Source: Desulfobacterales bacterium (GTDB taxonomy: Bacteria; Desulfobacterota; Desulfobacteria; Desulfobacterales; UBA5616). From it: a stretch of DNA of 64,000 nucleotides. Of the stretch, positions 10,330-19,811 are shown piece after piece (the stretch's first letter is position 1; every line of letters begins with the position of its first letter). The position numbers were made by a program, and so were the translations under genes. The notes under the pieces were generated by a model. The model saw nothing but the letters and a program-made list of their open reading frames with translations. It did no database searches and was not told where the DNA came from. The stretch spans positions 1 through 64,000 of the forward strand of contig JAWODC010000001.1 of assembly GCA_046483495.1 (NCBI GenBank), read 5' to 3'.

Positions 10330-10533
10330 TTATGTACCCTTATTCAGGCCTGCTTTTAATCGTTGCCGGCCGGATGGATTTTTTAATCGGGTTTTGTAGC
10401 GTTGCTTCAATCAAGTAATCCATTTTAAAAAGATTCATTTTGGCGGGTCATTGACCATTCTGCTATGTCCGGACCATCGATTATATAAACATCTCCAAAC
10501 AGAATTATCTGATTTAAATCTATCCGGATGGTA

Positions 10534-11040
10534 CTATCGGTGCAAAAACCGCCATTGGCAGCAAATTTCATCATCAGAAAGCCTGGGAGGCAACTTAAGA
10601 GCCTCCACCTCGATGCGCCCATCGCAAATACCGGCTATTCCGTTAAGGTAAGCCGTTTCAACGGGCTCACAAGTCAGCTTTTTCCTTCCCATTCTCTCCA
10701 TAGCTTCAAGAGCAGGGCATTTGGATACTTGAAATATCATGCTGTTAATATTTTCAGTAATAAATTCAAACTCTAAGGGAACCATCATCGGATCATGTTC
10801 AATTAAACCTTTTATCGCATCAAGCCCTACCTCATTGAATTTGTAGTATTTTGATATTCTTTTTTTTAATACTTTAGGATACCGCTTCCATACGTTTATA
10901 TCCATTTCAAGCGCCCTTTGATATCCATTTTGCTCTTCTGCGGCCAAAAACCACATTCCATCCACGGCCGTGGCAATATCCATGGCCAGTTTCAATTTTC
11001 TGACCAGCTCTCTTTTAGACAGCAATTCCAGATTCAGCAT
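10534..11040 (-). CDS. DUF6125-like protein (V4R/ATC-hydrolase-like fold, Cys-containing)
   Basis: AVDGMWFLAAE..ALEMDINVW; KCP...CEPVE...CCQWRF. Confidence 0.65.
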   Translation of the reverse strand: MLNLELLSKRELVRKLKLAMDIATAVDGMWFLAAEEQNGYQRALEMDINVWKRYPKVLKKRISKYYKFNEVGLDAIKGLIEHDPMMVPLEFEFITENINSMIFQVSKCPALEAMERMGRKKLTCEPVETAYLNGIAGICDGRIEVEALKLPPRLSDDEICCQWRFLHR

Positions 11041-11175
11041 GGGTCCTCCGATTTCTTCATACGTAATCGCCGTTGGTTGGTTTAAATTAAGAATGAAGGC
11101 GCCGTACGAACCTGCTCGTGTTTGTTGATTTCACTTGGGATAGGTGCCGAAGGAGAATCCCACCATATTTATTTC

Positions 11176-12414
11176 TCATTCGGGAAAATCGTACAGTCCC
11201 TTCTCGGTGTAATACTTATGATCTTCCACCATTAGTGTTCGCATGCTGTAAACCAGGTCTCTGAATATCTTGTGTCCGCCGACCCCCAAAAAGGTGGCAG
11301 GTCTTATCCACGGCTTTTCCAATATTCTATCAACCTTCTCCGAAAAGGCCCTTATTTCTCTCGTAAGCTCTTCGGTATCGCCGCACTCGTCGGTTTGAAA
11401 ACCGATAAAAGGGTTTTTGCCGACTTCCATATGGGCGGTGAATATTTCTCTTAAATTCGGAAGCTGGCGAAGGGGACCACCGAAGAGAAATCCCATGGGC
11501 TTTCCATTGAGTATCGGCCTGTGGCCATTCACGAAGTTCCGGTCAAAATATTGTTTCCATATTGAAGAAATATAGCGGTTTTTTATGGCTGCTGCGTATA
11601 TGATAGAATCCGCCGGCTTTACCGTTTCGTTAAAAAAGGACATAAAATCATCCTTGTATACACAAACAGCCGTAGCCATGCACTCGCCGCACCCCAGGCA
11701 GCCGCCCTTGATGCCGAGTGCGTTTAAATCAACAACTCTTGCTTTGTTTGTGGTTGATTTCACAAAAACATCTATCATCCTATTCAGATTGGTGTCATCG
11801 GATCCGGCATTCGTGAGAACCAGGATATTCTTGCTTCCCTTTTTTGGGGTCTCGATGGTTTTTTTCGGATTATAAACAAAGCTGCCGTATGAGATCGTGA
11901 AAGACAACCTTTCAACCGGCACCCTCTTTTCAGACATTTGAAAAAATTCACCGAAAAAGGATGCTAAGTTCCGCTGCAATTCCTCCTTTTCCATCTCCAT
12001 CGCAGATGCTGAAAATCCTTCAAAATATCGCAGGCCAAAATCCTCGGAGACTTCTCGCATATACGTATGTGCCGTATGATCAAAAAAATTCAGTGATGTC
12101 GATATGGATGTTGCATATTTCCCCTTTAGTAGATCCTTCGGCGCATGCATCTGAATCAGCTCGATAAATCGCATAAGTTGAGAGGGGACAACCATGACAT
12201 AAACCGGAAACGACCATATGAGGACATCTGCTTTTTTCAACTCGTCGATGGCAGCGTCCATTTTGGCTGAATCCTTTTCCAATGCTTTGATCGATGCGCC
12301 GACTGGAAGTTCAGCATACTCATATGCACCAAATTTGTTTTGAACCACCTGTACCAGCTGTAAAGTTGTGCTCTTTTTCCCCTTCGGGCTTCCATTGATA
12401 ATTGCAATTTTCAT
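11176..12414 (-). CDS. Tandem flavodoxin-like NAD(P)H-dependent FMN oxidoreductase (iron-sulfur flavoprotein-like)
   Basis: IINGSPKG..ST, WSFPVY, second domain with GCLGCGEC....C..KDD. Confidence 0.85.
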   Translation of the reverse strand: MKIAIINGSPKGKKSTTLQLVQVVQNKFGAYEYAELPVGASIKALEKDSAKMDAAIDELKKADVLIWSFPVYVMVVPSQLMRFIELIQMHAPKDLLKGKYATSISTSLNFFDHTAHTYMREVSEDFGLRYFEGFSASAMEMEKEELQRNLASFFGEFFQMSEKRVPVERLSFTISYGSFVYNPKKTIETPKKGSKNILVLTNAGSDDTNLNRMIDVFVKSTTNKARVVDLNALGIKGGCLGCGECMATAVCVYKDDFMSFFNETVKPADSIIYAAAIKNRYISSIWKQYFDRNFVNGHRPILNGKPMGFLFGGPLRQLPNLREIFTAHMEVGKNPFIGFQTDECGDTEELTREIRAFSEKVDRILEKPWIRPATFLGVGGHKIFRDLVYSMRTLMVEDHKYYTEKGLYDFPE

Positions 12415-12428
12415 TTATTATCTCCATC

Positions 12429-13949
12429 TTAAATGTTGGCAACCCTCTCTGAATATTCTTCTCGCAGTTTTCTCTTTAGAATTTTTCCCGACGAAGTCAT
12501 GGGCATCTCTTTTCTGAATATGACACGTTTTGGAGATTTGTAGTCCGCTAGCCGCTCTCTACAGAAGCGGACTAGTTCCTCTTCTGTAAGGTCGATGCCA
12601 TGCCTTGGCACTACAACGGCTGTGACGATTTCACCCCACTTTTCATGCGGGAGGCCGATGACGGCGGTTTGGGATACTTTGGGGTTCATATAGATGGCGT
12701 TCTCGATTTCAGCCGGATATATATTGAGCCCGCCGCTGATAATCATATCTTTAACCCGGTCTATAATGAAATAATAACCGTCTTCATCGATGGATGCGAG
12801 GTCACCGGTATAAAGCCAGCCATCTCTGATGGTTTCCGCGGTCGCTTCCGGCATTCCCCAATACTCCCTGAAAACTACCGAACCCTTGATCAATATTTCA
12901 CCAATCTCGCCTCCCGGACTGATTGGGTTGCCGTCACTGTTTACCACCTTAATAAGATTCCACATCATCGGAATATACCCCCCCTTTTTATGATTCGCCA
13001 TTTTAAAGGGTAGATACATGTTAAAACCTCCGCCCTCTGTAAGTCCGTAACCCGCGGAGAAGGTAACCCCCTTTTCCTGATAGGCCTTTAATATGCTATC
13101 CGGAACAGGGGCACCCCCGGAAAAAGCAAAACGCAGGGAACTCAAATCCGCATCGGCGAATTCAGGCAAATCCGAGACGACTTTCCAGATGGTGGGCACC
13201 GCAGCGCACCACGTAATGTTTTCTTTTTGAATGAGCTCAAGCGTTCTCTGTGGTATAAATGTTTTTTCCAAAACAATGGAGCCCCCGGAATAAAACATCG
13301 GCATCGATAACGTGACCAGGCCACCTGTAAAGCAAAGGGGGGCCTGGATTAGAACTTTACTTTCCGATCCGTGTGAATACGCAGTAACTGCATTTTGGCA
13401 TATGGTCTTAATATTTTCCTGGGTTAGAACCGCGCCTTTGGGGTAACCCGTTGTCCCCGAAGTATATAAGATTGCAAAATCATCGGACCAGCACGCCTGA
13501 TCCTCCGGTTCCCTATTAGAGGCCATATCCATGAGCCTTTTGAAGCTGCTTTCCTCAAGATTGATGAACGCCCGCTTGCGCACAAGGTCCTTTACGGTGT
13601 CCAATACGGCCAGAAAACTATTTTCACTTATAAGTAATTTCGGTTCACAATTTTTCAGGACATAACCGATTTCGTTTCCAGAGAGTCGTATGTTTATTGG
13701 TACAAATCGCGCACCGGTTTTCGCACATGCAAATACAAATTCGTAATATTCTATCGCGTTGTTCAGCAGGCAGCAAACGCGGTCCCCTTTCTTGACATGG
13801 AAATGCTCCTTAAGCAAACCGGCGACTTTGTTGATGTTATCATTCAATTCACCATAGCTGATGCATTTGCCGTGAAATACGACCGCTTTCCTTTCATATT
13901 CAACCCGGCTCCACCATGCAATCCAGTGTCCCATATTGCCAATTTCCAT
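12429..13949 (-). CDS. Acyl-CoA synthetase / long-chain fatty-acid-CoA ligase
   Basis: ILYTSGTTGYPKG, GYGLTE, WLYTGD, DRVKDMIISGGLNIYPAEIE, SGKILK. Confidence 0.93.
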   Translation of the reverse strand: MEIGNMGHWIAWWSRVEYERKAVVFHGKCISYGELNDNINKVAGLLKEHFHVKKGDRVCCLLNNAIEYYEFVFACAKTGARFVPINIRLSGNEIGYVLKNCEPKLLISENSFLAVLDTVKDLVRKRAFINLEESSFKRLMDMASNREPEDQACWSDDFAILYTSGTTGYPKGAVLTQENIKTICQNAVTAYSHGSESKVLIQAPLCFTGGLVTLSMPMFYSGGSIVLEKTFIPQRTLELIQKENITWCAAVPTIWKVVSDLPEFADADLSSLRFAFSGGAPVPDSILKAYQEKGVTFSAGYGLTEGGGFNMYLPFKMANHKKGGYIPMMWNLIKVVNSDGNPISPGGEIGEILIKGSVVFREYWGMPEATAETIRDGWLYTGDLASIDEDGYYFIIDRVKDMIISGGLNIYPAEIENAIYMNPKVSQTAVIGLPHEKWGEIVTAVVVPRHGIDLTEEELVRFCRERLADYKSPKRVIFRKEMPMTSSGKILKRKLREEYSERVANI

Positions 13950-14094
13950 ATCCTGGTCCTTTCACTATATTCTCAGAAATTGTTTTTCTAAAACACTCTG
14001 AATTATAGAGGGAGTTCAATCTTTTCAAAGGAGGCTTCTTCAAAATAACGCGGCTCATCCCTTCATTCACCCCGAAACCGCCTTTTTTGCTTAT

Positions 14095-14329
14095 AAATGC
14101 TTGGCACTTTTACGGCACCGTTTTCAAATCTGGCGCCTTCTTTATCTCTCCTGCAGCACATGATGGGTAGAGAACGTCTATGGCAGATTTGCGCGCTTCG
14201 TTAATTATCATTTCAAAGGTCATTCTGCTGAAATCTTTATATATTTCTATTTTTGGCAAATTCTTCTACATAAAATTGTTCGAACAGCACGAAATCCTGG
14301 TCCGGTCTATCAGCAATTTTTTGGGCCAT
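14095..14329 (-). pseudogene. Frameshifted 5' remnant of an acyl-CoA dehydrogenase (not in ORF track)
   Basis: MAQKIADRPDQDFVLFEQFYVEEFAK /fs/ YKDFSRMTFEMIINEARKSAIDVLYP /fs/ DKEGARFENGAVKVP matches the N-terminus of long-type acyl-CoA dehydrogenases. Confidence 0.75.
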
Positions 14330-14387
14330 TTTTCTCTTTCTCTCTATTGCACGTATATTATAATAAGGGTCTTTCAATTGACTTTCA

Positions 14388-15824
14388 TTATGATTCAGAA
14401 GTATTTCTCCTTAAAAAAAGATTTTCCATACGTAAAGAAGGGGTCTGTAATAGAGCTGTTCGTTTTAGACTATCCGGATCAAAATCGATTTGTCGGTATC
14501 TGATCTTTGAATCGGGTTTGGCACTGGTGAATTTTCCGTTATTTCTAATCACAAGGCCATCTTTGATCAAACACCAGCAGTTGGAGAGCGCCTCGACTGT
14601 TTGAGCGGCAGACATATTCGGTTTAAGATCATACACGGCGATATTGGCTGCCGCACCCACTTTTAAATGTCCAAGATCATCAAGACCGAGTTGAGAAGCA
14701 GGTCCCAGGCGCGTAAAACGCGCAATATCGAATAAATCAAATTCTCGGCCATCGAGGACGTTATCGATCGATTCCGGACGCTGAGCTTTATTTATCAGCC
14801 ATGATACAACAAGGGGGATCCGGTCCATATATCCCATAGGGGGTGAAATCGAAGAGAGAGAAATCCCGCCTGAATTACCGCACCTATTCATCGTAATCCA
14901 TCCGATTTGCGATAAATCGCTCATAATTTCAATTTTACGCATTCTGTACTGCAGTGGGTAAGCGTTTTGAATGCCCGCATCGATTGAAAATGTACCGGGC
15001 AAATATTCATCTGTGCATGAAACATCAAGAAATTTTCGGTTATGATTGAGCCCGAGCGATGCTTTACCGCCGGAGTTAAGAAAGCATTCCATATTTTCCA
15101 GGGAATTTTCCGATTCGAAAGTATCGGCCAAACAGGAAATGACAAAGCGTTCCGCCATCGGAATAGTATTTTCCAGCAAAGAGGGAACTCCCCAAAGGGC
15201 TAATGGAAAAACATCGGGGTCATCTATCTCGGAAAGAAATTCAAACGTCTTTTTAGTGCTGATGTTTTTCTGGATGTAATAGGGCTGTTTATGTCTGAGG
15301 AACGGAAAAGTAATGAACAATCCGATGGCTCCGGTCAGGTGGATCAGCGCTCGAATTTCATCACAAAACCCGTTTACATTTTTTGATTTGATGTTTTTCC
15401 CCATATCCCTGAAGTCAAGCGAGATATTAAAGGACTTATCAACATACGGTATTTGGTTAAGCGTCCGTTGCACATCGTGGGCCATGAGCAACGAGGTAAA
15501 CGGATGATGAACGTGGACATATCCCATTCGGGAGAATGCAGTGCCGATATTTACCGGACTGGGAATCCCTTTATCCAAGAGCGGGGCAAACTGCTGTCCG
15601 GGAAAGGCGAGATGGCAGTTTGGATCTATACCCCCAGCCATTGCGATTCTTTCCTCAAGGTCGATAACCATATCGGGATTATCAATAGGCGGACATATTA
15701 CGCCATCGGTCATATGAATATTCCTGAGTTCACCATTCCAATCCTGGGCGGGATCGTACACTCTGGCGTTTCGAATGCAAATTTTTGGTCTAATTTCCAT
15801 GCGTACACGAATTGTGGGGTTCAA
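14388..15824 (-). CDS. fwdA: Formylmethanofuran dehydrogenase subunit A-like amidohydrolase, metal ligands largely lost
   Basis: IRNARVYDP, AGGIDPNCH, FSRMGY..IPYVDK, FDIARFTRLGPA..LGHLKVGAAANIAVYD align to FwdA; HxH reads NCH and the carbamylated-Lys position reads F. Confidence 0.8.
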   Translation of the reverse strand: MNPTIRVRMEIRPKICIRNARVYDPAQDWNGELRNIHMTDGVICPPIDNPDMVIDLEERIAMAGGIDPNCHLAFPGQQFAPLLDKGIPSPVNIGTAFSRMGYVHVHHPFTSLLMAHDVQRTLNQIPYVDKSFNISLDFRDMGKNIKSKNVNGFCDEIRALIHLTGAIGLFITFPFLRHKQPYYIQKNISTKKTFEFLSEIDDPDVFPLALWGVPSLLENTIPMAERFVISCLADTFESENSLENMECFLNSGGKASLGLNHNRKFLDVSCTDEYLPGTFSIDAGIQNAYPLQYRMRKIEIMSDLSQIGWITMNRCGNSGGISLSSISPPMGYMDRIPLVVSWLINKAQRPESIDNVLDGREFDLFDIARFTRLGPASQLGLDDLGHLKVGAAANIAVYDLKPNMSAAQTVEALSNCWCLIKDGLVIRNNGKFTSAKPDSKIRYRQIDFDPDSLKRTALLQTPSLRMENLFLRRNTSES

Positions 15825-17149
15825 TCGATTCTGTTTAAAAGTTCCTTTAAAACGAAGGCCCCCGAAGGATAGGCCTCTACATGAAGCCCTTCAATTTTTT
15901 CAGTTAAGAGAGGGAGCCCTTCCGCTCTAAAAAATATCCCGCCCGTCTCGACACCCGGCAACGATAAAGGTATTGAAACACAGGCACTTGCGTACGGTTC
16001 CTGTTTGAAATGATTCAGAACGATGAGCTTCTTTTCAGAAAAAATTTCCGGCGGCAATATCCGATTCGCTCCTTCCGGACCCGATTCCACCATTAAAACA
16101 CATCCTGAAATTTCCGCCGCGGATTTCAATGCGTCAACGGTGTCGGTTTCGGTAAGGGTCCCTGAGTAGTCGAATCCGCCGCATACATTGTGGTGTTCAA
16201 GTGATATGCGTTTAAAACCTTCTATGTTGGCCCCTGTACGCGACAGCGGTAAAATCACCGCTCTTTTACGGCCTGATAGGTTTACGTTTGCCGCCCATTC
16301 AAATAAAGAGTTCAGGCCATCCATGGCTGTTTTCTCCGCATCGACGAATACGGCTATATAGGATGCCCGCTGTAGAGAATTGATCAGTAAGGGAAAATCA
16401 CGATGATCATACGGCTCCGCCTGCGGCGGTGTCATTAGAGCTTTTAAAAAGCGGCTGTCATCACAAGATTTTAACATGAAAAACTGTTGGCAAAGCGGTT
16501 CGATTATCATTTTTTGGTCTGCAACGCCAATTAATGTGCGATCACTGTTGCCTCTTTCCGTATAACGCCCTCGGGGAAAATAGGAATAACGAGAAAGGTG
16601 TCTGTGATGTGTATCCAACGGATCGGCTCGCCAAAAAATCACGGCATCGGCTCTGTCTCTGATTTCATCGAGCAGGGCTGTTGCCCACCCGTACGTTTTT
16701 GCGCATCGATAAAATCGGTTTATTCCCGTCACACCCCACGGCATCCAAATGCCGTTTAGCCTTTCCGCGAGCTTCCGGGATTCTACAATGGCATTTTCAT
16801 CCAATGCATCCGCCCCCAGAATAAGCGGCGCTTTACCGGTTTTGAGCAGCTCTGCCGCAGCATTCAGATTGTGATCCAGAGCATGGGAAGAAAGTGGAAC
16901 TACACGATCTTCAGCAGAAATCGTACGAATTCGTTTCATTGCGATTTCACACAAATTCAAGGTCCTGACAAGCCGCCCGTCCTTTACATAATATGAAATA
17001 TCGTCACAAAGACAGCTGCAGCCGGAGCATACCTTGGAGTGGCATGCCAGATCATAATCATCGAATTCATTCTGCTTAACAACCGGATCTTGAATCGTAC
17101 CATTTTCTACCATCTCAAGGTTTTCTTTTGTAAACTTTTGGATGCTCAT
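15821..17149 (-). CDS. fwdB: Formylmethanofuran dehydrogenase subunit B-like protein lacking the Mo/W-ligating Cys
   Basis: VCSGCSCLCDDI..NLC FeS motif; LDEIRDRADAVIFW..HRHLSRYSYFPRG...ERG..DRTLI is an FwdB signature; no CHG motif. Confidence 0.85.
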   Translation of the reverse strand: MSIQKFTKENLEMVENGTIQDPVVKQNEFDDYDLACHSKVCSGCSCLCDDISYYVKDGRLVRTLNLCEIAMKRIRTISAEDRVVPLSSHALDHNLNAAAELLKTGKAPLILGADALDENAIVESRKLAERLNGIWMPWGVTGINRFYRCAKTYGWATALLDEIRDRADAVIFWRADPLDTHHRHLSRYSYFPRGRYTERGNSDRTLIGVADQKMIIEPLCQQFFMLKSCDDSRFLKALMTPPQAEPYDHRDFPLLINSLQRASYIAVFVDAEKTAMDGLNSLFEWAANVNLSGRKRAVILPLSRTGANIEGFKRISLEHHNVCGGFDYSGTLTETDTVDALKSAAEISGCVLMVESGPEGANRILPPEIFSEKKLIVLNHFKQEPYASACVSIPLSLPGVETGGIFFRAEGLPLLTEKIEGLHVEAYPSGAFVLKELLNRID

Positions 17150-17299
17150 GAATGGATTTTGTATTTTGGTTATTTTTGCAATACTGGAGTAGACGCCGTT
17201 TAATTGGATTGGTTTTTTTCATCCGAGGCCGGTATATGCCGTCATACATATGCCTGCCAGGCAGAGGAGCCGCACTTTTACTTACGGCCGGAAAACGGT

Positions 17300-17761
17300 T
17301 TATACAAGTTCCATTGCATCGGTGGGGCAATAATCGGCGCAGGCTTTACAAGGAGGTGCAGAGGGTATCGCCCTGTTGCAAAGCTCAGGATGAACCAGAA
17401 TAATCCGTGCATCGACAATCTGCATAACGACAATATCGTCCCAAGCCGGCCCTTTTCCAAGGGTCACTTCAAAATTGTTCGCTCCGTGAACGGGGCAAAC
17501 GTTAATACATATTCCGCACCCGATACACCGGTCTTGATCCACTATCAGGCCGGTAAGTTCGTTCTTTATTCCGTCTCCAAGCAAATCTTTCAAGTATTTC
17601 TTATTTTCGGCAAACTCCGGTTCAGAAAGGGTCGGGCAATCTTCGGGTCTCACGTCCCTTGACAAAAGGTAACCGGCGAATTTGATGCAATTCATTCCGC
17701 ATTCCCCACAGTTTGTCTTGGGAAGGTATTCATATATATCGTACATGCTTTTTTGAGACAT
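17300..17761 (-). CDS. fwdG: FwdG-like ferredoxin with N-terminal AcsC/CdhE/RnfB-type FeS domain
   Basis: IYEYLPKTNCGECG..C..FA..L...CP domain plus CIGCGICINVCPV..GKGP..VMQIVD..PELC..CKACADYCP (the GKGP insert is typical of FwdG). Confidence 0.75.
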   Translation of the reverse strand: MSQKSMYDIYEYLPKTNCGECGMNCIKFAGYLLSRDVRPEDCPTLSEPEFAENKKYLKDLLGDGIKNELTGLIVDQDRCIGCGICINVCPVHGANNFEVTLGKGPAWDDIVVMQIVDARIILVHPELCNRAIPSAPPCKACADYCPTDAMELV

Positions 17762-17778
17762 GGAAATTTTGTTTCTAT

Positions 17779-18327
17779 TTATTCAAACTCATCGGAAATT
17801 AGTCTTTTGGTTGCTTTATTTGCAATGAAACCGGAAAAGCCGACCATATTCGGATTCGAAAAATAATGCTTGAATTCCTCGTTTCTCGGCCATCCGATGA
17901 GGCAGTCGACCTTTTCTTTTTCCGGATTCACCAGCCAGAGCTGAAAAAGGTGGTCTTTAACCGGAAAGAACCATTCCTCTTTATCAATCAGGAATTCAAT
18001 AAGATAATGCTCCGAAACAGGCGGTAGGGCCAGAACGTAATCAATCGTATTTTGTCGAAAGCATTTTGCCGCAGCGAGTTCCCGGAAACCCTCGACGGCA
18101 TCGTTTACCCCTTCACGGACCACAAAAATAATTTCATCTTTTATTTTATTGTTCTTGCGAACAGCCCTGATATCGGGCTTCATAAAGCCGATGGGTTTTT
18201 CAGGGACCAGTTTATAGCCGGCATAATCCAGGAACCATCTCAACGTATTAATGATCTGATGCCTGTTATAAAGAGGTATTTCATCATATTTTCTGAACCA
18301 GCGCTGGTCGTTTTCTTCTGTTTTCAT
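17779..18327 (-). CDS. Conserved hypothetical protein, possible restriction-endonuclease-like fold; paralogue of 27199..27960
   Basis: Clean ORF with GAGG RBS, tightly packed in the operon; FLDYAGY..KPDIRA..DYVLAL pattern. Confidence 0.65.
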   Translation of the reverse strand: MKTEENDQRWFRKYDEIPLYNRHQIINTLRWFLDYAGYKLVPEKPIGFMKPDIRAVRKNNKIKDEIIFVVREGVNDAVEGFRELAAAKCFRQNTIDYVLALPPVSEHYLIEFLIDKEEWFFPVKDHLFQLWLVNPEKEKVDCLIGWPRNEEFKHYFSNPNMVGFSGFIANKATKRLISDEFE

Positions 18328-18368
18328 GCGCGCTTCCTCGATTAAGCCTTTTTACTGCCTGTCGGCAA

Positions 18369-19742
18369 TCAGATATTTTCCTCACCAGGCCATTCTTCAT
18401 TAGGACCGGGTATCTTCAGAGGGACCGGTTCGCCCTCTTTCCAGAACTCCTTGATGATCGGGTGCTCAACCCTCTTGAGAAACTCTTTTATTTCATTTGG
18501 TTCAATGCTTACTTCTTCCGTAGCGATTTTGTCGTATATCTCTTCAGGGATGCAGTCGGCCAACAACACCTTGAATTCTTTAGGCATCCAAACAACTCTT
18601 TTCCAGCCCCCGTCTCCCTGGAGGAATTTTTTGGATTTCGGCGTCCTTGCGGAAAGCCCCATCGATCCATGATTCTGGTTTCCACCACTCATGTATCCCG
18701 CCATTTTTGAAAAATTAATGCCAAGTGGCGTGTCGCCGGGATGGCGCCGGTCAACCAGGCCGATGCCGTCAAGTTCCGGTAAATAGAAAGCCGCCGCTTC
18801 AAAACACCCACAGTTGGTTTGCGGATATTTAAGGCAGCTGTAAAGATTGACTTTTCTAACCCGTCTCGAAGAGCGTTCATAAATCGCTTGGTCCACTCCG
18901 GTATACCGACCCATAACCGGATCGATACACTCTCCTTTAGGCATCATAAATGAATATCCATAAGGATCTATTTCTACAATTGCTTTGGCACCGAGATAGC
19001 TCATAATCCCGCAATAAGGGTTTCGCTGGGGAGTTATGCAGCATACATGGTTAGGCGCAAATGTTTGACAAAGTGTACATCCATAAAACGTGTCGACATC
19101 TTCATCTTCCACCCCCTGCAGTCGGGCATCATAGGCTTCCCACTCAGGACGAATAGTGCTGTCTAAGATATCTCGTATGAGTTCGACTCCACCGACCTCG
19201 GGCGTAGCGATAATGATTTGCACCTCCGCTTTTTCCACAAGCGGGAAATTGATTTTACAATTTCCGATAAGCGCCTGTCCCATTCGTTGCCATGAATTCT
19301 TGTGGGCACTTTCATTGTTCAGCCTGATCCAAATGGTATCGCGGGTATTGACAAGCATCCATCCTTCACCGTCCTCAAAAGGCTTGAATCCCGCCCGGAT
19401 CAGGGGATCGATGTGATCTTCGGTCAGCTGAGTTCCCCAGTACCTCATCCAGATGCCAAAAGGAAAAGATGAGCCGGGCTCTGTCTCGTCGATTTCCGGC
19501 CCGATCAGTTCAATGCGGCCGTCTTCAACATCTTCAGCGTTTTTCATCACGTCACAATGGATGTAACTTGTATATCCGTGCTTGGGCCCCCCTATTTCCA
19601 TGTACATATCGCTTTTTCGAACCTTTTGTCCCATCCAGCGCGGCGAAATTTCTATTTCAACACCGTCAAAGAGTTCGTCAAAATCGGTCGGTGCCTGATA
19701 AATTCGTCCTTTGGGTAGCTTTATGCCTGGTATTTCGATCAT
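18369..19742 (-). CDS. cdhC: Archaeal-type acetyl-CoA synthase beta subunit homologue (divergent)
   Basis: FYGCTLCQTFAPNHVC..PQR..CG and PQTNCGCFE carry all A-cluster Cys; GDGGWKRVVWMPK..KIATEE; lacks the bacterial AcsB N-terminal domain. Confidence 0.92.
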   Translation of the reverse strand: MIEIPGIKLPKGRIYQAPTDFDELFDGVEIEISPRWMGQKVRKSDMYMEIGGPKHGYTSYIHCDVMKNAEDVEDGRIELIGPEIDETEPGSSFPFGIWMRYWGTQLTEDHIDPLIRAGFKPFEDGEGWMLVNTRDTIWIRLNNESAHKNSWQRMGQALIGNCKINFPLVEKAEVQIIIATPEVGGVELIRDILDSTIRPEWEAYDARLQGVEDEDVDTFYGCTLCQTFAPNHVCCITPQRNPYCGIMSYLGAKAIVEIDPYGYSFMMPKGECIDPVMGRYTGVDQAIYERSSRRVRKVNLYSCLKYPQTNCGCFEAAAFYLPELDGIGLVDRRHPGDTPLGINFSKMAGYMSGGNQNHGSMGLSARTPKSKKFLQGDGGWKRVVWMPKEFKVLLADCIPEEIYDKIATEEVSIEPNEIKEFLKRVEHPIIKEFWKEGEPVPLKIPGPNEEWPGEENI

Positions 19743-19811
19743 GACTTCACCTCAAAATGATTAGTTAGAAACCATCTAACAGCGATTATATAAACTTGTT
19801 TTTCCGTGCAT

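Noticed and set aside
12429..13949. menE (o-succinylbenzoate-CoA ligase)
   Set aside because: Only general acyl-CoA ligase motifs and no men genes nearby.
16700..16770. Selenocysteine as the missing FwdB metal ligand
   Set aside because: No in-frame TGA; the ORF is continuous and the aligned position is not Cys/Sec.
17779..18327. Restriction endonuclease or defence gene
   Set aside because: No ExK motif, no methyltransferase, and embedded in a metabolic operon.
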